DNA of 64,000 bases from Nitrospirota bacterium (GTDB lineage: Bacteria > Nitrospirota > Thermodesulfovibrionia > UBA6902). Positions 41,555 through 52,747 of the stretch are shown here, one piece after another. The DNA lies in contig JACQZE010000027.1 in the NCBI GenBank assembly GCA_016207885.1, forward strand, positions 11,944 to 75,943. Direction: 5' to 3'. The notes under the pieces are model-generated. The model made no database searches, was not told the DNA's origin, and saw only the letters and a list, made by a program, of their open reading frames with translations. The position numbers were made by a program, and so were the translations under genes. The first letter of the stretch is position 1. Each line of letters opens with the position of its first letter.

Positions 41555-42288
41555 ATGATAACGGCATAAATACAGCAGGTATTATCATTATCGGCAATGA
41601 GATACTCTCCGGCAAGGTGCAGGATGTAAATTCTTACTATCTTACCGCTGAACTCAGGGCCTTAGGCGTTGATGTCAGGCGCATATCAGTAATACCCGAT
41701 GAACTTGATGCCATAGGAAAGGAGGCAAGGGATTTCTCCGCTGCATTCGACTTTGTATTCACAACCGGCGGAGTCGGCCCCACGCATGACGATATCACAA
41801 TGGAAGGTATTGCGCAGGGTTTTGGTGTCAAGCTCGTGTGCAGCCCCTTGATCAGCAATATCTTATCATCGTTGTATGACTCCATGAACGATGCAGTGCT
41901 GAAGATGGCCTATATACCTGACGGCTCTGAGATCTTATTTAATGAGAAGATGAGGTTTCCCGTAGTTAATTTCAAGAACATATATATCTTTCCCGGGATC
42001 CCGGGCTATCTGAAAAACAAGTTTCCCCTTATCAAAGAGAGGTTCTCATCATCATCCATATACCTGAAAAAAATATTTTTAAAGACACGCGAGTCTGATG
42101 TCGCCGCAGTTTTGAGCGAATTCGATTCTCCGGTTAAGGGCATCAGCATAGGCTCTTACCCTATACTTGAACGCGATGATTTTAATCTTATTGTTACAGT
42201 CGAATCCAGGTCCATGGAATCACTGGAACGCACAATGAGAAAACTTATTGAAGGACTGCCTGCGATGAGCATTATAAGAATAGAATGA
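41551..42288 (+). CDS. CinA-like molybdopterin-binding domain protein
   Basis: IGNEILSG...D.N, TTGGVGPTHDDIT, FPGIP. Confidence 0.88.
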   Translation: MNDNGINTAGIIIIGNEILSGKVQDVNSYYLTAELRALGVDVRRISVIPDELDAIGKEARDFSAAFDFVFTTGGVGPTHDDITMEGIAQGFGVKLVCSPLISNILSSLYDSMNDAVLKMAYIPDGSEILFNEKMRFPVVNFKNIYIFPGIPGYLKNKFPLIKERFSSSSIYLKKIFLKTRESDVAAVLSEFDSPVKGISIGSYPILERDDFNLIVTVESRSMESLERTMRKLIEGLPAMSIIRIE

Positions 42289-42289
42289 T

Positions 42290-42904
42290 ATGGATGAGCT
42301 TTCAAAAGAATATGTGATCTCATTTTACTGCAACTCACTCCGGATGCACGGTGACACACCGGCAGCTGTAAAATGGACCGGCCCCGGCCAGCGCCTCCGT
42401 TTTGAATCCCTTCTCCATCTCAATGCTGATATATGCGGCAGAAAGATACTTGATTACGGGTGCGGCAAAGGAGACTTTTACCAATTTCTTAAGGAGAAGG
42501 GGATAGCTGTTGATTATGCCGGATTTGATATTAATGATGAGATGGTCTCTTTAGCCAGAAGAAAGTTTCCTCAATGCAGGTTCGAGGTTTTTGATATAGA
42601 GCGGGATTCACTGAATGAGGATTTTGATTATATTTTTCTGTGCGGTGTCTTTAACCTGAAGTTGGAAGGCATTTATGATACTGTAAAGAATGTGCTGTCA
42701 AAGCTTTTTAAACACTGCCGTCGCGCCCTGATCTTCAACGCGCTTTCTTCGCATGAACCGAGAAAGGACTTCGAGCTTCACTATATCTCGCCGGAGGATA
42801 TTTATGATTTTGCGGCAGTTAATATCTCGCCTCACGTCGCTCTCCGACATAATAAGGGCTTGTATGACTTTAACCTTTTTATCTATAAGCAGGATAAGCA
42901 TTAA
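42290..42904 (+). CDS. Class I SAM-dependent methyltransferase
   Basis: ILDYGCGKG. Confidence 0.85.
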   Translation: MDELSKEYVISFYCNSLRMHGDTPAAVKWTGPGQRLRFESLLHLNADICGRKILDYGCGKGDFYQFLKEKGIAVDYAGFDINDEMVSLARRKFPQCRFEVFDIERDSLNEDFDYIFLCGVFNLKLEGIYDTVKNVLSKLFKHCRRALIFNALSSHEPRKDFELHYISPEDIYDFAAVNISPHVALRHNKGLYDFNLFIYKQDKH

Positions 42905-42996
42905 AGCGTAAGGCTGTTTTTTCTTGGTTTAAGCAATATGTATAATATATTTAACGGGTAATGTTCTGAATCCTTGCCTTAGCCTTCAATGACCAT

Positions 42997-45900
42997 ATGA
43001 GAGCCAATAAATTTCTTGTTTACATTATGTTGTTATCAATAGTGGCTGTAGTATCTTTGCCGATATTTACTGAACTTTACGTCTATCCTGCTTTTTCCAG
43101 ATATCAGATGAAGGAAACAGAGGAGCATGCGTTACACATCTCAAATCACATTGCAGGGATGTTCGGTATTGATAATTTGCCCATTGACTATGCTTCATCT
43201 GATTTTGTCAATGAGATAAATAATGCCAGGAAGAATTTCAACCTTTTTAAAATAAAAGTCTTTACCCCCGACGGCAGGCTTGTATACTCCACTGAAAATG
43301 GCGAGATAGGCGATATCAATGAACACCCATACTTTTACGATATCGTTCTTAAAGGCAATATTTATTCAAAAGAGGCGGAGAAAGACACAAAATCCCTTGA
43401 CGGCAATATCATACCTATCGATGTTTTTGAAACTTATATTCCTGTAATTAAAGATGGAAAGGTTGCGATCATTTTTGAGACCTATCTTGATAATTCCGCA
43501 AGCAAGGCAGCCTTTAACAAGATCATATCAGATATATCGAAAGCCATGTCAATTGTGTCATTGCTTCTTTTTGGCGCAGTAATGTTCAGTTCTTTCAAGG
43601 CAAGAAGGAGCATGAAAGAACGTGAGAGCGCGGTAAAAGAGCTTATGAAATACCGTGACAATCTTGAGATTGAGGTGAAAGAGCGAACAGCAAAGCTTGA
43701 GGATGAAAAGGCCAAGACAGAAGGTATTCTCGCCGGAATGGGTGAAGCTGTAAGCATGCAGAACCTTGATTTCAAGGTATTGTACCAGAACAAGGCGCAT
43801 ATTGATCTTGTCGGTTACCATTTCGGCGAATATTGTTACAAGGCATATCAGAAGAAGGATAAGGTCTGTGAAACCTGCCATCTCGCAATGGCTTTTAAGG
43901 ACGGCAGGATCCATACTGCGAAACAATCCAGAGTAACCGATAACGGTGAGATACACTATGAAATAGTGGCATCTCCATTGAAGGATTCATCCGGGAAAAT
44001 AATAGCAGGCATTGAGATGGTCAGAGAGGTCACTGAAAATGTTCAGAGAGAAAGGATGCTTTCAGAACAGGCCTCAATCGCGCTGTTGCGGGCGGATATC
44101 GGAATTGCCCTTACTTATGGAGGCACTCTTAAGGAGATTCTTCAGAGATGCTGCGAATCAGCAGCTACCCGCCTGGATGTGGCTTTTGCCAGGATATGGT
44201 CTCTTAACAGGGAGGATAATCTCCTTGAACTTCAGGCAAGCGCCGGGATGTACACACATCTTGACGGAGAACACAGCCGAATCCCTGTCGGTAAATTTAA
44301 GATCGGCATGATAGCTAAGGAGAAATTACCGCATATAACCAATAATGTTATCGGGGACTCCGGTCTCAATGACCAGAAATGGGCAAAGCGTGAGGGCATA
44401 AGAGCCTTTGCAGGCTATCCGCTTATTGTTGGTGAAGATGTGGTCGGGGTTCTGGGAGTTTTTTCGCGTAACATGATCTCTGACACCGTTGTTGAAGCGC
44501 TTGGATCCATATCAAGCAAGATAGCTTTAGGCATTGACCGCAAGCTGGCAGTTTTAGAATTGACCAGATCTGAAAATGATCTCAGAAACCTGTTTGAATC
44601 TGTCAATGACGCCGTCTTTGTACTTGATATGAATGGGAACTTCATTGATGCCAATACAGCCGCATATAAGCGGCTGGGTTATACCAAGGATGAGATGCTT
44701 TCGATGCATATCTCAGAACTTGACACGCCCGAGTTTGCCGCGAAGGTGCCGGAACGGTTTGAGCAGATCGCTAAACATGGCAAGGCCATATTTGAGTCTG
44801 CCCACCTGAGAAAGGACGGCACAGTTATGCCTGTTGAGGTGAATTCGGTACTGACCATTTTTAAAGGCAGAGAGGTATTGCTTAGCACTATCCGTGACAT
44901 AACTCAAAGAAAACAGATTGAGAATGAACTGTTTCGGTCAAGAGTGGAGTGGGAGGAGACTTTCAATAACATAACCGACATGATCACTATCCATGACCAT
45001 GATTTTAATATAATCCAGGCGAACAAGGCTGCGCTTGATATGCTGAATTTGCCGGATTCAGTACCGGGTAAACAGCTTAAATGTTATCAATATTATCATG
45101 GCACATCATTTCCGCCTGAAAAATGCGTGAGCTGTGAATGTCTCACTACCGGCAAACCTGCTACTTTTGAGATGTATGAGCCGGCTTTTGATAAGCATGT
45201 TGAGGTCAGGGCTATGCCCAGGTTTGACCTTAAAGGAGAGATTATCGGGGTTTCTCATATTGTCAGGGATATTTCTTACCGTAAGTCTGCCGAGAAAGCG
45301 CTTGAAAATGCGCATGATCTGCTGGAAGAGAGGGTCAGTGAAAGGACCAGGGCGCTTCAGAGAACCAACGAGCAGTTATTGAGCGAGATAAGCGAGCGCC
45401 TGCAGCTTCAGCGTAAACTTCAGGAGAGCGAAAGGCGCTACAGGAGGTTTTTTGAGGATTCACCGACATCTCTTTGGGAAATAGATTTTTCCGGAATAAA
45501 AACATATATTGAAAAATTAAAGGAGGCCGGTGTAACTGATTTCAGGAATTACTTTTACAACCGCCCCGATGAGGTCATGCGCTGCGCGGCGTTGATCAAG
45601 GTTACTGATGTAAACATAACAACGCTTGAAATTTATAAAGCAAGAAGCAAAAAAGACTTCCTGGCAAATCTGGACAAGGTTTTCTGTGAGGAAACATTTG
45701 ATCTTTTCAGGCATGAATTTATCGCTGTTGCTGAAGAGAACTTTGAACTTGAGACTGAAGGGATAACGCGGAATTTAAACGGCGAGAAGATCCATATATC
45801 GATTAAGTGGTCTGTGCAGTCAGGCGCTGAAAAGACGCTTTCCAAGATTCTCGTATCAGTTGTTGACATAACAGAAAGGAAAAAGGCTGAAGAGGCGCTT

Positions 45901-47070
45901 ATCGAGAATGAAAAACGGCTGCGCGCAATTACAGATTCAACAACAGACCTGATATGGGAAGGAGATACAAGATATAATGTATTGAACTGGTTCGGCAATA
46001 TCGATGCCATTCTGGGATATGACCCGGGAGAGTTTCCGCGCACTATTTCAGGACATATGGAGAGCATCCATCCAAAAGACCGCGACAAGGTTGCCGAATC
46101 AATTGAAACAGCAATAAGAACACAGAAAGACATTTTTGCCCAATACAGCATCAAATGCAAGGATGGGACTTATCGTGTCTGGGAAGAGAGAGGCAGGGCT
46201 GTTGGTTTTGAAGACGGCAAGGCTGTTAAATGGGTCGGTTCAATAACCGATATTACCGAAAAAGTCCGTATGGAAGAGCAGCAAAAATTTATGCAGGCGA
46301 AACTGCTTCATACCAACAAGATGACCGCGCTCGGCACGCTTGTTTCCGGAGTTGCTCATGAGATAAATAATCCTAACGCCTTTATAATGACAAATGCTGA
46401 ACTGCTGTCCATGATCTGGAAAGATGTCAACAGCCTGCTTTCTGTACATTATAAAAAAGACAAAGACCTCTCTCTTGGAGGCCTTCCTTATTCCGAGCTT
46501 CGAAATGCGATGCCTCAGCTGCTTAAAGGCATCAGTGAGGGATCCGGCAGGATAAAGTCGATAATTGACAACCTTAAAAACTTTTCAAGGCCTGATAAAA
46601 CAAATCTTGATGAAGATGTCGATATAAATGAGGCTATCAGAAACTCGTTATTGATACTCGGCCAGCAGATAACGAAATATACCATTCATTTCAGCACACA
46701 CTACATGAAAAATCTACCGTTGATAAAGGGCAACAGGCAGAATTTTGAACAGGTGATTATAAACCTTCTCTCCAACGCCCTCCAGGCTTTACCGGACAAG
46801 GAATGCGGTGTGCGCGTATCCACGCTTCATAATAAAAAGGATAATTTGATCGTCGTAACGATAAAGGACGAGGGCGCAGGCATACCGGCTGAAATAATGG
46901 ACCGTATCACTGAACCGTTCTTCACAACAAAGATCGACACCGGCGGCACCGGGCTCGGCCTGTATATTTCGTATGCTATTATTAATGATCATAAAGGAAG
47001 CATGAAGTTTGAATCCGTCGAAGGGAAGGGGACGACTGTCAGCATTTATCTCCCTACAAGCCACTTATGA
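42997..47070 (+). CDS. Membrane PAS/GAF sensor histidine kinase
   Basis: Two TMs, several PAS domains, GAF (LELQASAG), AHEINNP, FFTTK, GTGLGL. Confidence 0.93.
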   Translation: MRANKFLVYIMLLSIVAVVSLPIFTELYVYPAFSRYQMKETEEHALHISNHIAGMFGIDNLPIDYASSDFVNEINNARKNFNLFKIKVFTPDGRLVYSTENGEIGDINEHPYFYDIVLKGNIYSKEAEKDTKSLDGNIIPIDVFETYIPVIKDGKVAIIFETYLDNSASKAAFNKIISDISKAMSIVSLLLFGAVMFSSFKARRSMKERESAVKELMKYRDNLEIEVKERTAKLEDEKAKTEGILAGMGEAVSMQNLDFKVLYQNKAHIDLVGYHFGEYCYKAYQKKDKVCETCHLAMAFKDGRIHTAKQSRVTDNGEIHYEIVASPLKDSSGKIIAGIEMVREVTENVQRERMLSEQASIALLRADIGIALTYGGTLKEILQRCCESAATRLDVAFARIWSLNREDNLLELQASAGMYTHLDGEHSRIPVGKFKIGMIAKEKLPHITNNVIGDSGLNDQKWAKREGIRAFAGYPLIVGEDVVGVLGVFSRNMISDTVVEALGSISSKIALGIDRKLAVLELTRSENDLRNLFESVNDAVFVLDMNGNFIDANTAAYKRLGYTKDEMLSMHISELDTPEFAAKVPERFEQIAKHGKAIFESAHLRKDGTVMPVEVNSVLTIFKGREVLLSTIRDITQRKQIENELFRSRVEWEETFNNITDMITIHDHDFNIIQANKAALDMLNLPDSVPGKQLKCYQYYHGTSFPPEKCVSCECLTTGKPATFEMYEPAFDKHVEVRAMPRFDLKGEIIGVSHIVRDISYRKSAEKALENAHDLLEERVSERTRALQRTNEQLLSEISERLQLQRKLQESERRYRRFFEDSPTSLWEIDFSGIKTYIEKLKEAGVTDFRNYFYNRPDEVMRCAALIKVTDVNITTLEIYKARSKKDFLANLDKVFCEETFDLFRHEFIAVAEENFELETEGITRNLNGEKIHISIKWSVQSGAEKTLSKILVSVVDITERKKAEEALIENEKRLRAITDSTTDLIWEGDTRYNVLNWFGNIDAILGYDPGEFPRTISGHMESIHPKDRDKVAESIETAIRTQKDIFAQYSIKCKDGTYRVWEERGRAVGFEDGKAVKWVGSITDITEKVRMEEQQKFMQAKLLHTNKMTALGTLVSGVAHEINNPNAFIMTNAELLSMIWKDVNSLLSVHYKKDKDLSLGGLPYSELRNAMPQLLKGISEGSGRIKSIIDNLKNFSRPDKTNLDEDVDINEAIRNSLLILGQQITKYTIHFSTHYMKNLPLIKGNRQNFEQVIINLLSNALQALPDKECGVRVSTLHNKKDNLIVVTIKDEGAGIPAEIMDRITEPFFTTKIDTGGTGLGLYISYAIINDHKGSMKFESVEGKGTTVSIYLPTSHL

Positions 47071-48479
47071 ATACAGAAAAACCTAAAGTACTTTTGGTGG
47101 ACGATGAGCCGCAGATACTTCTGAGCCACAGCCTTTTGCTGCGCACAGCCGGCATTGAAACTGTTACTCTCAAGGACAGCCGGGAGGTTATGCCCATGCT
47201 TGAAAAAGAGAAAATATCTGTTATAGTGCTCGACCTTTCGATGCCGCATTTATCCGGCACGGAGCTGCTGTCCAGGATCAGATATGATTTTCCTCATATC
47301 TCCGTTATCATTATGACCGCGACCAATGAGATTGAAAAGGCGGTTGAGTGTATACGATTAGGCGCGATGGATTATCTTGTGAAGCCTGTTGAAAAGAGCC
47401 GTTTCTTCTCGAGCATCAACAGGGCTGTTGAACTATACAATCTGCGCAATGAGATATCTTCTCTGAGCAAGCGCGTGCTGACGGATGAACTTGAAGATGA
47501 GGATGCTTTTTCCGGGATCATCACAAAGAACAAAAAAATGAGATCGATCTTTAATTACATTGAAGCCATTGCCAGATCCAGAAAAGCCGTATGTATAGCA
47601 GGTGAGACCGGAGTTGGAAAAGAACTGTTTGCAATGGCTGTACATAATGTCAGCAGGGTTAAAGGCCCTTTTATCGCAGTGAATGTCGCCGGGCTTGATG
47701 ATACGATGTTTTCCGATACGTTGTTCGGACACAAAAAAGGAGCATACACCGGCGCTGACAAAGAAAGAAAAGGGCTTATCGTCAAGGCCTCAGACGGGAC
47801 GATACTGCTTGATGAAATAGGCGATCTCAACGAACTGTCGCAGGTAAAGCTCCTGCGCCTTCTTGAAGAGGGTACATATTATCCTCTCGGTTCTGATATT
47901 CCCGAGAAAAGCAACGCGCGCATTATTGCATCTACAAACAAGGACATCGGACATGAAACCGTCAGCGGAAAGTTCCGCAAAGATCTTTATTACAGGCTAA
48001 GCGCTCACCTTATACATATCCCGCCGCTCCGTGAGCGCATTGAAGATATACCGATGCTGCTCGGCCATTTTTTAAGGGATGCCTCAGAATCTTTGCACAA
48101 GAAGGTGCCTTCAGTCCCGACAGAGCTTGTTTCTCTGCTGTCAAATTATTATTATCCCGGCAATATACGAGAGCTGCAGGCCATGGTCTTTGACGCTGTG
48201 TCGCAGCATGGGACCGGAAAACTCTTTATGGACAGTTTTAGGGATCACCTGAAGAACAATGCCGAGCTTTCAAGAAATGAATTATCTATCCCGTTAGACA
48301 TATCCAAATCCGCAATTGAAATATCCGGGCCTTTCCCGACCCTCCAGGATGTAAATGATTTTCTTGTCTCAGAGGCGCTGAAACGCTCAAGCGGGAATCA
48401 GGGAGTCGCCGCGTCTCTTCTGGGCATAACCCGTCAGGCACTTAATAAACGCCTTATCAGAAAGAAAAAGCCGTCATGA
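47067..48479 (+). CDS. Sigma54-dependent response regulator (NtrC/AtoC family)
   Basis: Receiver domain; GETGVGKE; LFGHKKGAYTGA; LDEIGD; PGNIREL; Fis-type HTH. Confidence 0.95.
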   Translation: MNTEKPKVLLVDDEPQILLSHSLLLRTAGIETVTLKDSREVMPMLEKEKISVIVLDLSMPHLSGTELLSRIRYDFPHISVIIMTATNEIEKAVECIRLGAMDYLVKPVEKSRFFSSINRAVELYNLRNEISSLSKRVLTDELEDEDAFSGIITKNKKMRSIFNYIEAIARSRKAVCIAGETGVGKELFAMAVHNVSRVKGPFIAVNVAGLDDTMFSDTLFGHKKGAYTGADKERKGLIVKASDGTILLDEIGDLNELSQVKLLRLLEEGTYYPLGSDIPEKSNARIIASTNKDIGHETVSGKFRKDLYYRLSAHLIHIPPLRERIEDIPMLLGHFLRDASESLHKKVPSVPTELVSLLSNYYYPGNIRELQAMVFDAVSQHGTGKLFMDSFRDHLKNNAELSRNELSIPLDISKSAIEISGPFPTLQDVNDFLVSEALKRSSGNQGVAASLLGITRQALNKRLIRKKKPS

Positions 48480-48625
48480 TAATGCTTGTAGACATTTTTT
48501 GCTCCTGATACATTATTTGCGATTAAAAGAATCTCTTTGTTTTCAATAAGATAACCCTCAATATTACAAATAAACCATTATCTGTATCAACTGCTGTCTC
48601 TTTCCGCGCTGTTAGATAACTATTC

Positions 48626-48638
48626 TAACTCATTGATA
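48626..48638 (-). promoter_or_regulatory. IHF binding site
   Basis: Reverse strand TATCAATGAGTTA matches WATCAANNNNTTR exactly. Confidence 0.65.
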
Positions 48639-48665
48639 TTTCAACATAAATCAATAATATTATGC

Positions 48666-48681
48666 GGGCACCCTTCTTGCT
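48666..48681 (+). promoter_or_regulatory. Sigma54 -24/-12 promoter
   Basis: GGGCACCCTTCTTGCT, GG-N10-GC, with adjacent IHF site. Confidence 0.65.
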
Positions 48682-48776
48682 TATATATAGTATTCTGATT
48701 CGAACTAATTGAATTCTGAAGAATATTTCAAACCTGTTGTTCCTTATCAGATGCAATAGGTTCAGAGGAGGGGCAG

Positions 48777-49016
48777 ATGCAGATCAAAGTCAGTGAGGAT
48801 GTCTTGAAAGATACAAGCAATTGTAAAATGGGTTTTTCATGTTTATCAGGCAAAGGTGATTGCCTTTGTGAGGTTGAGGATAGCGCTAACGGCATGGTTC
48901 TTTTTATTAAGCCTGCGTGCAAAGCAGGCTTCTGTTATTACAGGCTCTCATTCGGATGTTCCTATATATGTAACTGCCCTGTCAGAAAAGAGATATTTAA
49001 CCGTTATAACACATAA
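48777..49016 (+). CDS. Small Cys-rich hypothetical protein
   Basis: GAGGAGG RBS; 79 aa with 9 Cys, ending CNCPVRKEIFNRY. Confidence 0.7.
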   Translation: MQIKVSEDVLKDTSNCKMGFSCLSGKGDCLCEVEDSANGMVLFIKPACKAGFCYYRLSFGCSYICNCPVRKEIFNRYNT

Positions 49017-49047
49017 TTTAAAAATATAATTATTTATTTCAGGAGGA

Positions 49048-50562
49048 TTGATCATGGGAAATCAGTTTGGGGAACTCGATGTTATTGAGGGTGAGTATGA
49101 TGATGTCGTTGAGAACGATAATGACGCGGATCTCTTTTTTGAAGAACCTAAAGAGATCATAACCAGGGATGAACAGACAACAGACAATCCGATCGAGATA
49201 TACCTTAAAGAGATGGGCGCTTTCCCTTTACTTACAAGGAAGGGTGAGGTTGATGTTGCAAAGAGAGCTGAGGCCGGAAAGGAGAAGATATTTAAGGTGA
49301 TATTCGCAACACCCTTTGCGGCCGGAAGGGTCTTGGCCTCTGCCAAGGAACTCAAAAAGAACGATATATTGATCACTGATATACTTGCCGGCTGTGAAGA
49401 CCTCCCGAAGTCAAAAGAGAAGATGGCTGTCGAACTTTTCCTTAAAAATGTAAGGTCTATCGAAAGGCTTAACAGCAGAAGAATTATTCTTTTCAATGAA
49501 CTTCATAATAAAAAGACTAAATCGGTTGAGACCAGATTAATAAGATCTAAACTTGACGAGTCAAAAAACACAATAATAAGAAAATTGTCAGAGCTGAACT
49601 TTAATAATACCTTTACTGAAAAGATAGTTCAGGATTTCAGGGCATTTGCAGAGAGGTATAATGAGATATCCGGCAAGGAGAAGGCTGATAAAGATGATAA
49701 GAAAAAGCTTCTTGAAATCGAGTTCAGTCTTGGAATGAATAAGGCCGGGATCATGAACGCCCTTATTTCCATAGACGAGGGGGAGGCTGAGGTCAGTAAG
49801 GCAAACAACATTCTGGTTGAGGCAAATTTGAGGCTTGTTGTAAGCATAGCCAAAAAATATATCTGTAAGGGGCTCAATCTTTCCGACCTGATGCAGGAAG
49901 GGAACATTGGACTGATGAAGGCTGTAACCAGGTTCGACTATAAGAGAGGCTATAAGTTCAGCACATATGCCACCTGGTGGATCAGGCAGGCTATAACAAG
50001 GGCGCTCGCTGATCAGTCAAGGACTATCAGAATCCCCGTACATATGATAGAGTCCATGAACAAACTCTCAAGGGTTTCAAAAAACCTTGTGCAGGAACTC
50101 GGCAGGGAGCCGCATGCTGAAGAGCTTGCCAAGGCAATGGACCTTCCTCTGGGCAAAATAAGGACGATATTAAAGATCTGCAAGGAACCTGTTTCACTTG
50201 AAACGCCGATGGGCAAGGAAGAAGACAGCCTTTTAGGTGATTTTATAGAAGATAAGGCATCCCACTCACCTCTGGAGCTGGTGCTTAATGATGAGTTGAA
50301 AGTTCAGATGAGAAAGGCCCTTAATACACTTTCCTTCAGAGAGGCAGAGATACTCAAGAAGCGTTTCGGATTGGAAAGCGATGGTTCATTAACCCTTGAG
50401 GAAGTTGGAGAGGCATTTAATGTTACACGGGAACGGATAAGACAGATCGAGGTATCAGCCTTGAAAAAGCTCAGGCATCCTGGCAGAAACAAATATCTCA
50501 GCGGTTTTATCAATGAGGTATTCACTGAAAGATTCAATCAAATGGAAGGAAGCATGATATAG
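49048..50562 (+). CDS. RpoD-like sigma70 factor lacking an obvious region 1.1
   Basis: [51 protein letters not shown]. Confidence 0.92.
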   Translation: MIMGNQFGELDVIEGEYDDVVENDNDADLFFEEPKEIITRDEQTTDNPIEIYLKEMGAFPLLTRKGEVDVAKRAEAGKEKIFKVIFATPFAAGRVLASAKELKKNDILITDILAGCEDLPKSKEKMAVELFLKNVRSIERLNSRRIILFNELHNKKTKSVETRLIRSKLDESKNTIIRKLSELNFNNTFTEKIVQDFRAFAERYNEISGKEKADKDDKKKLLEIEFSLGMNKAGIMNALISIDEGEAEVSKANNILVEANLRLVVSIAKKYICKGLNLSDLMQEGNIGLMKAVTRFDYKRGYKFSTYATWWIRQAITRALADQSRTIRIPVHMIESMNKLSRVSKNLVQELGREPHAEELAKAMDLPLGKIRTILKICKEPVSLETPMGKEEDSLLGDFIEDKASHSPLELVLNDELKVQMRKALNTLSFREAEILKKRFGLESDGSLTLEEVGEAFNVTRERIRQIEVSALKKLRHPGRNKYLSGFINEVFTERFNQMEGSMI

Positions 50563-50589
50563 GCATTAAAATATATACTGATTCATTGT

Positions 50590-50628
50590 AAGGGCCGGGT
50601 AATATAGAAATTATCCGGCCCTTTTTTT
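50590..50628 (+). terminator. Rho-independent terminator
   Basis: AGGGCCGGGTAAT/ATTATCCGGCCCT stem followed by a T-run. Confidence 0.85.
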
Positions 50629-50658
50629 GTATGAAATATCCACCCTCAACGAAAAATC

Positions 50659-51414
50659 TTATTTAATTATCCTCTTGCGCAAAAGCCTGAAAGGGTAGGG
50701 CAGAAGTATCAATGCAAGGGCAGTAAGCCACGCCATATCAAGAATGGCCGGAGATATCTCGCCTGATGAAAAAGATCGGCATATGTTTACCAGATGATAT
50801 AACGGCGAAAAGAATGCAACCTTCGAGACAAATGCAGGCATGTTGTCTATGGGGAAGAATATCCCTGAGAAGAGAAACATCGGCGTCATAAACAGAGTGT
50901 TGAAATAATTGAATGAATCTATGCCCGGCACGATAGATGTAACTATTATAGCTATCTCCGCGAATATCAGGCTGCTGATAAAGATGGCCGGAATAGTTGT
51001 TACTATCAATGCTGAGCCGAGCAGGCCCATGAAAGAGAGTACAGTCATTATGATGATGCCGTAGAATGTTCCTTTTGCAGCTCCCCATAAGAGTTCGCCC
51101 AGGACAAGGTCAGCGATATTTACAGGCGTCACAAGTATGGCGTCAAATGTTTTTTGAAAGGTCATCCTGATATATGTGCCGTATGTGCATTCGAATGTAG
51201 CGGCGAACATTGATGACGATGCTATCAGGCCGGGGGCAAGGTAGTTTATATAGGGGACTCCCTTTATCTCATTGACATAAGCGCCAAGCCCTAATCCCAG
51301 TGCCGCAAGATAGATGATGGGCTCAAAGAAATTAAGCACTAGGCTGGATTTGTACCGCTTTGTATAGACAGTGAAGTTCCTCTGAAATACCCTGTATGCC
51401 CTTTTTATATTCAT
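50659..51414 (-). CDS. ABC-2 type permease (NodJ-like)
   Basis: EPIIYL, YLAPGL, PMFLFSGIFFP. Confidence 0.88.
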   Translation of the reverse strand: MNIKRAYRVFQRNFTVYTKRYKSSLVLNFFEPIIYLAALGLGLGAYVNEIKGVPYINYLAPGLIASSSMFAATFECTYGTYIRMTFQKTFDAILVTPVNIADLVLGELLWGAAKGTFYGIIIMTVLSFMGLLGSALIVTTIPAIFISSLIFAEIAIIVTSIVPGIDSFNYFNTLFMTPMFLFSGIFFPIDNMPAFVSKVAFFSPLYHLVNICRSFSSGEISPAILDMAWLTALALILLPYPFRLLRKRIIK

Positions 51415-52151
51415 GTGACCTGATCTTTTAGATGTTTCCCGGTCAGTTGCAGATACGCATTTTCCAGATTTCCGCCGTGGATATTCATAAGGCTGGAAGG
51501 CGTATCGATCGTGATTATCTTTCCTTCATCCATGATGGCAACCCTGTCGCAGAGGCTCTCAGCCTCTTCCATATAGTGTGTCGTCAGTATCAGTGTAGTA
51601 TCCTTTGACTTCATGTGCCTTAGCTTGTCCCAGACATAATGCCTTGTATGCGGATCAAGCCCGGTGGTGGGTTCATCGAGTATCAGCATTTCAGGGGTAT
51701 TTATCAGAGACCTTGCCAAAACAAGCTTGCGCTTCATTCCGCCTGAAAGGTTCCTGATATTAACATCTGCCTTCTCCTTCAGCTCCATAAAATCAAGAAG
51801 CTCCCACGCAAGCCTTGATGCCTCTTTCCTGATGATATCGAAATACCTTGCATAGACGATCAGATTTTCATACACCGAAAGCTCAAGGTCGAGGTTGTCT
51901 TCCTGCGGCATCACGCCTATCTTTGATTTGATCAGGCTGGGGTCTTTAGTTGTGTTGACACCAAAGACCTCAAGTTCGCCGGATGTCGGCGGCATGAAGC
52001 AGCATATCATGCTCATGGCGGTCGTCTTGCCTGCGCCGTTAGGCCCGAGAAATCCGAAGCACTCTCCCTTGCTGATAGTGAAGTCTATATTATCCACCGC
52101 TCTCAGAGAGTTGTAATCCTTTGTGAGCCCTTTAGCAGTTACAATGTTCAT
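51411..52151 (-). CDS. ABC transporter ATP-binding protein (NodI-like)
   Basis: GPNGAGKTT, LSGGM, LDEPTTGLD. Confidence 0.92.
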   Translation of the reverse strand: MNIVTAKGLTKDYNSLRAVDNIDFTISKGECFGFLGPNGAGKTTAMSMICCFMPPTSGELEVFGVNTTKDPSLIKSKIGVMPQEDNLDLELSVYENLIVYARYFDIIRKEASRLAWELLDFMELKEKADVNIRNLSGGMKRKLVLARSLINTPEMLILDEPTTGLDPHTRHYVWDKLRHMKSKDTTLILTTHYMEEAESLCDRVAIMDEGKIITIDTPSSLMNIHGGNLENAYLQLTGKHLKDQVT

Positions 52152-52200
52152 GGGAATTATTATAGCATCATCAAATCAGAAGGGGCAGTCTGCCGTGGTT

Positions 52201-52236
52201 CCTCCTCTTAGTTTAAGGGGAGGGCAGGAGGGGTTA
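52201..52236. repeat. Short palindromic REP-like element or terminator
   Basis: CCTCCTCTTA-GTT-TAAGGGGAGG hairpin followed by GGAGGGGTTA. Confidence 0.45.
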
Positions 52237-52626
52237 TAATCTGTTTATATAAATAACACCGGATGAGACCTTCTTATCGATCATCCGTCTTGCTATCTTC
52301 TTTATCAGGTTTCTTGAAAATGGTATGACCATCAGCAGTCCTATCGTATCAGTAAAAAATCCCGGGACAATAAACAGCACACCGGCAATCAATAACATCA
52401 TCCCGTTGACCATCTCCTCTGCCGGGGATACGCCTTCATTCATATTCTGCTGCATCCTGCGCATCACCCCAAGCCCCACCAGCTTTACCATGTAAATGCC
52501 GATAAGAGCAGTCAGCAATAAGACAACTATCGTATTTGCAGTTCCAATTCTTGAGCCTACCTCGATCAAGAGAGAGATCTCAATGATCGGTACGATTATG
52601 AATATAAAAAATAGTGGAAAGAACAT
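52234..52626 (-). CDS. fxsA: FxsA family membrane protein
   Basis: VPIIEISLLIEVG...PGFFTD. Confidence 0.88.
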   Translation of the reverse strand: MFFPLFFIFIIVPIIEISLLIEVGSRIGTANTIVVLLLTALIGIYMVKLVGLGVMRRMQQNMNEGVSPAEEMVNGMMLLIAGVLFIVPGFFTDTIGLLMVIPFSRNLIKKIARRMIDKKVSSGVIYINRL

Positions 52627-52747
52627 GCAGGAATTATATCTGAATTAAGGATGATTTTTCCAAACATCACTGTGCTCCTGATTGTTTTGACAGAAGGGTA
52701 GGTATATGGTAAATTAAGCTAAGATTCAAAAAGGAGGCAGCGCAATA

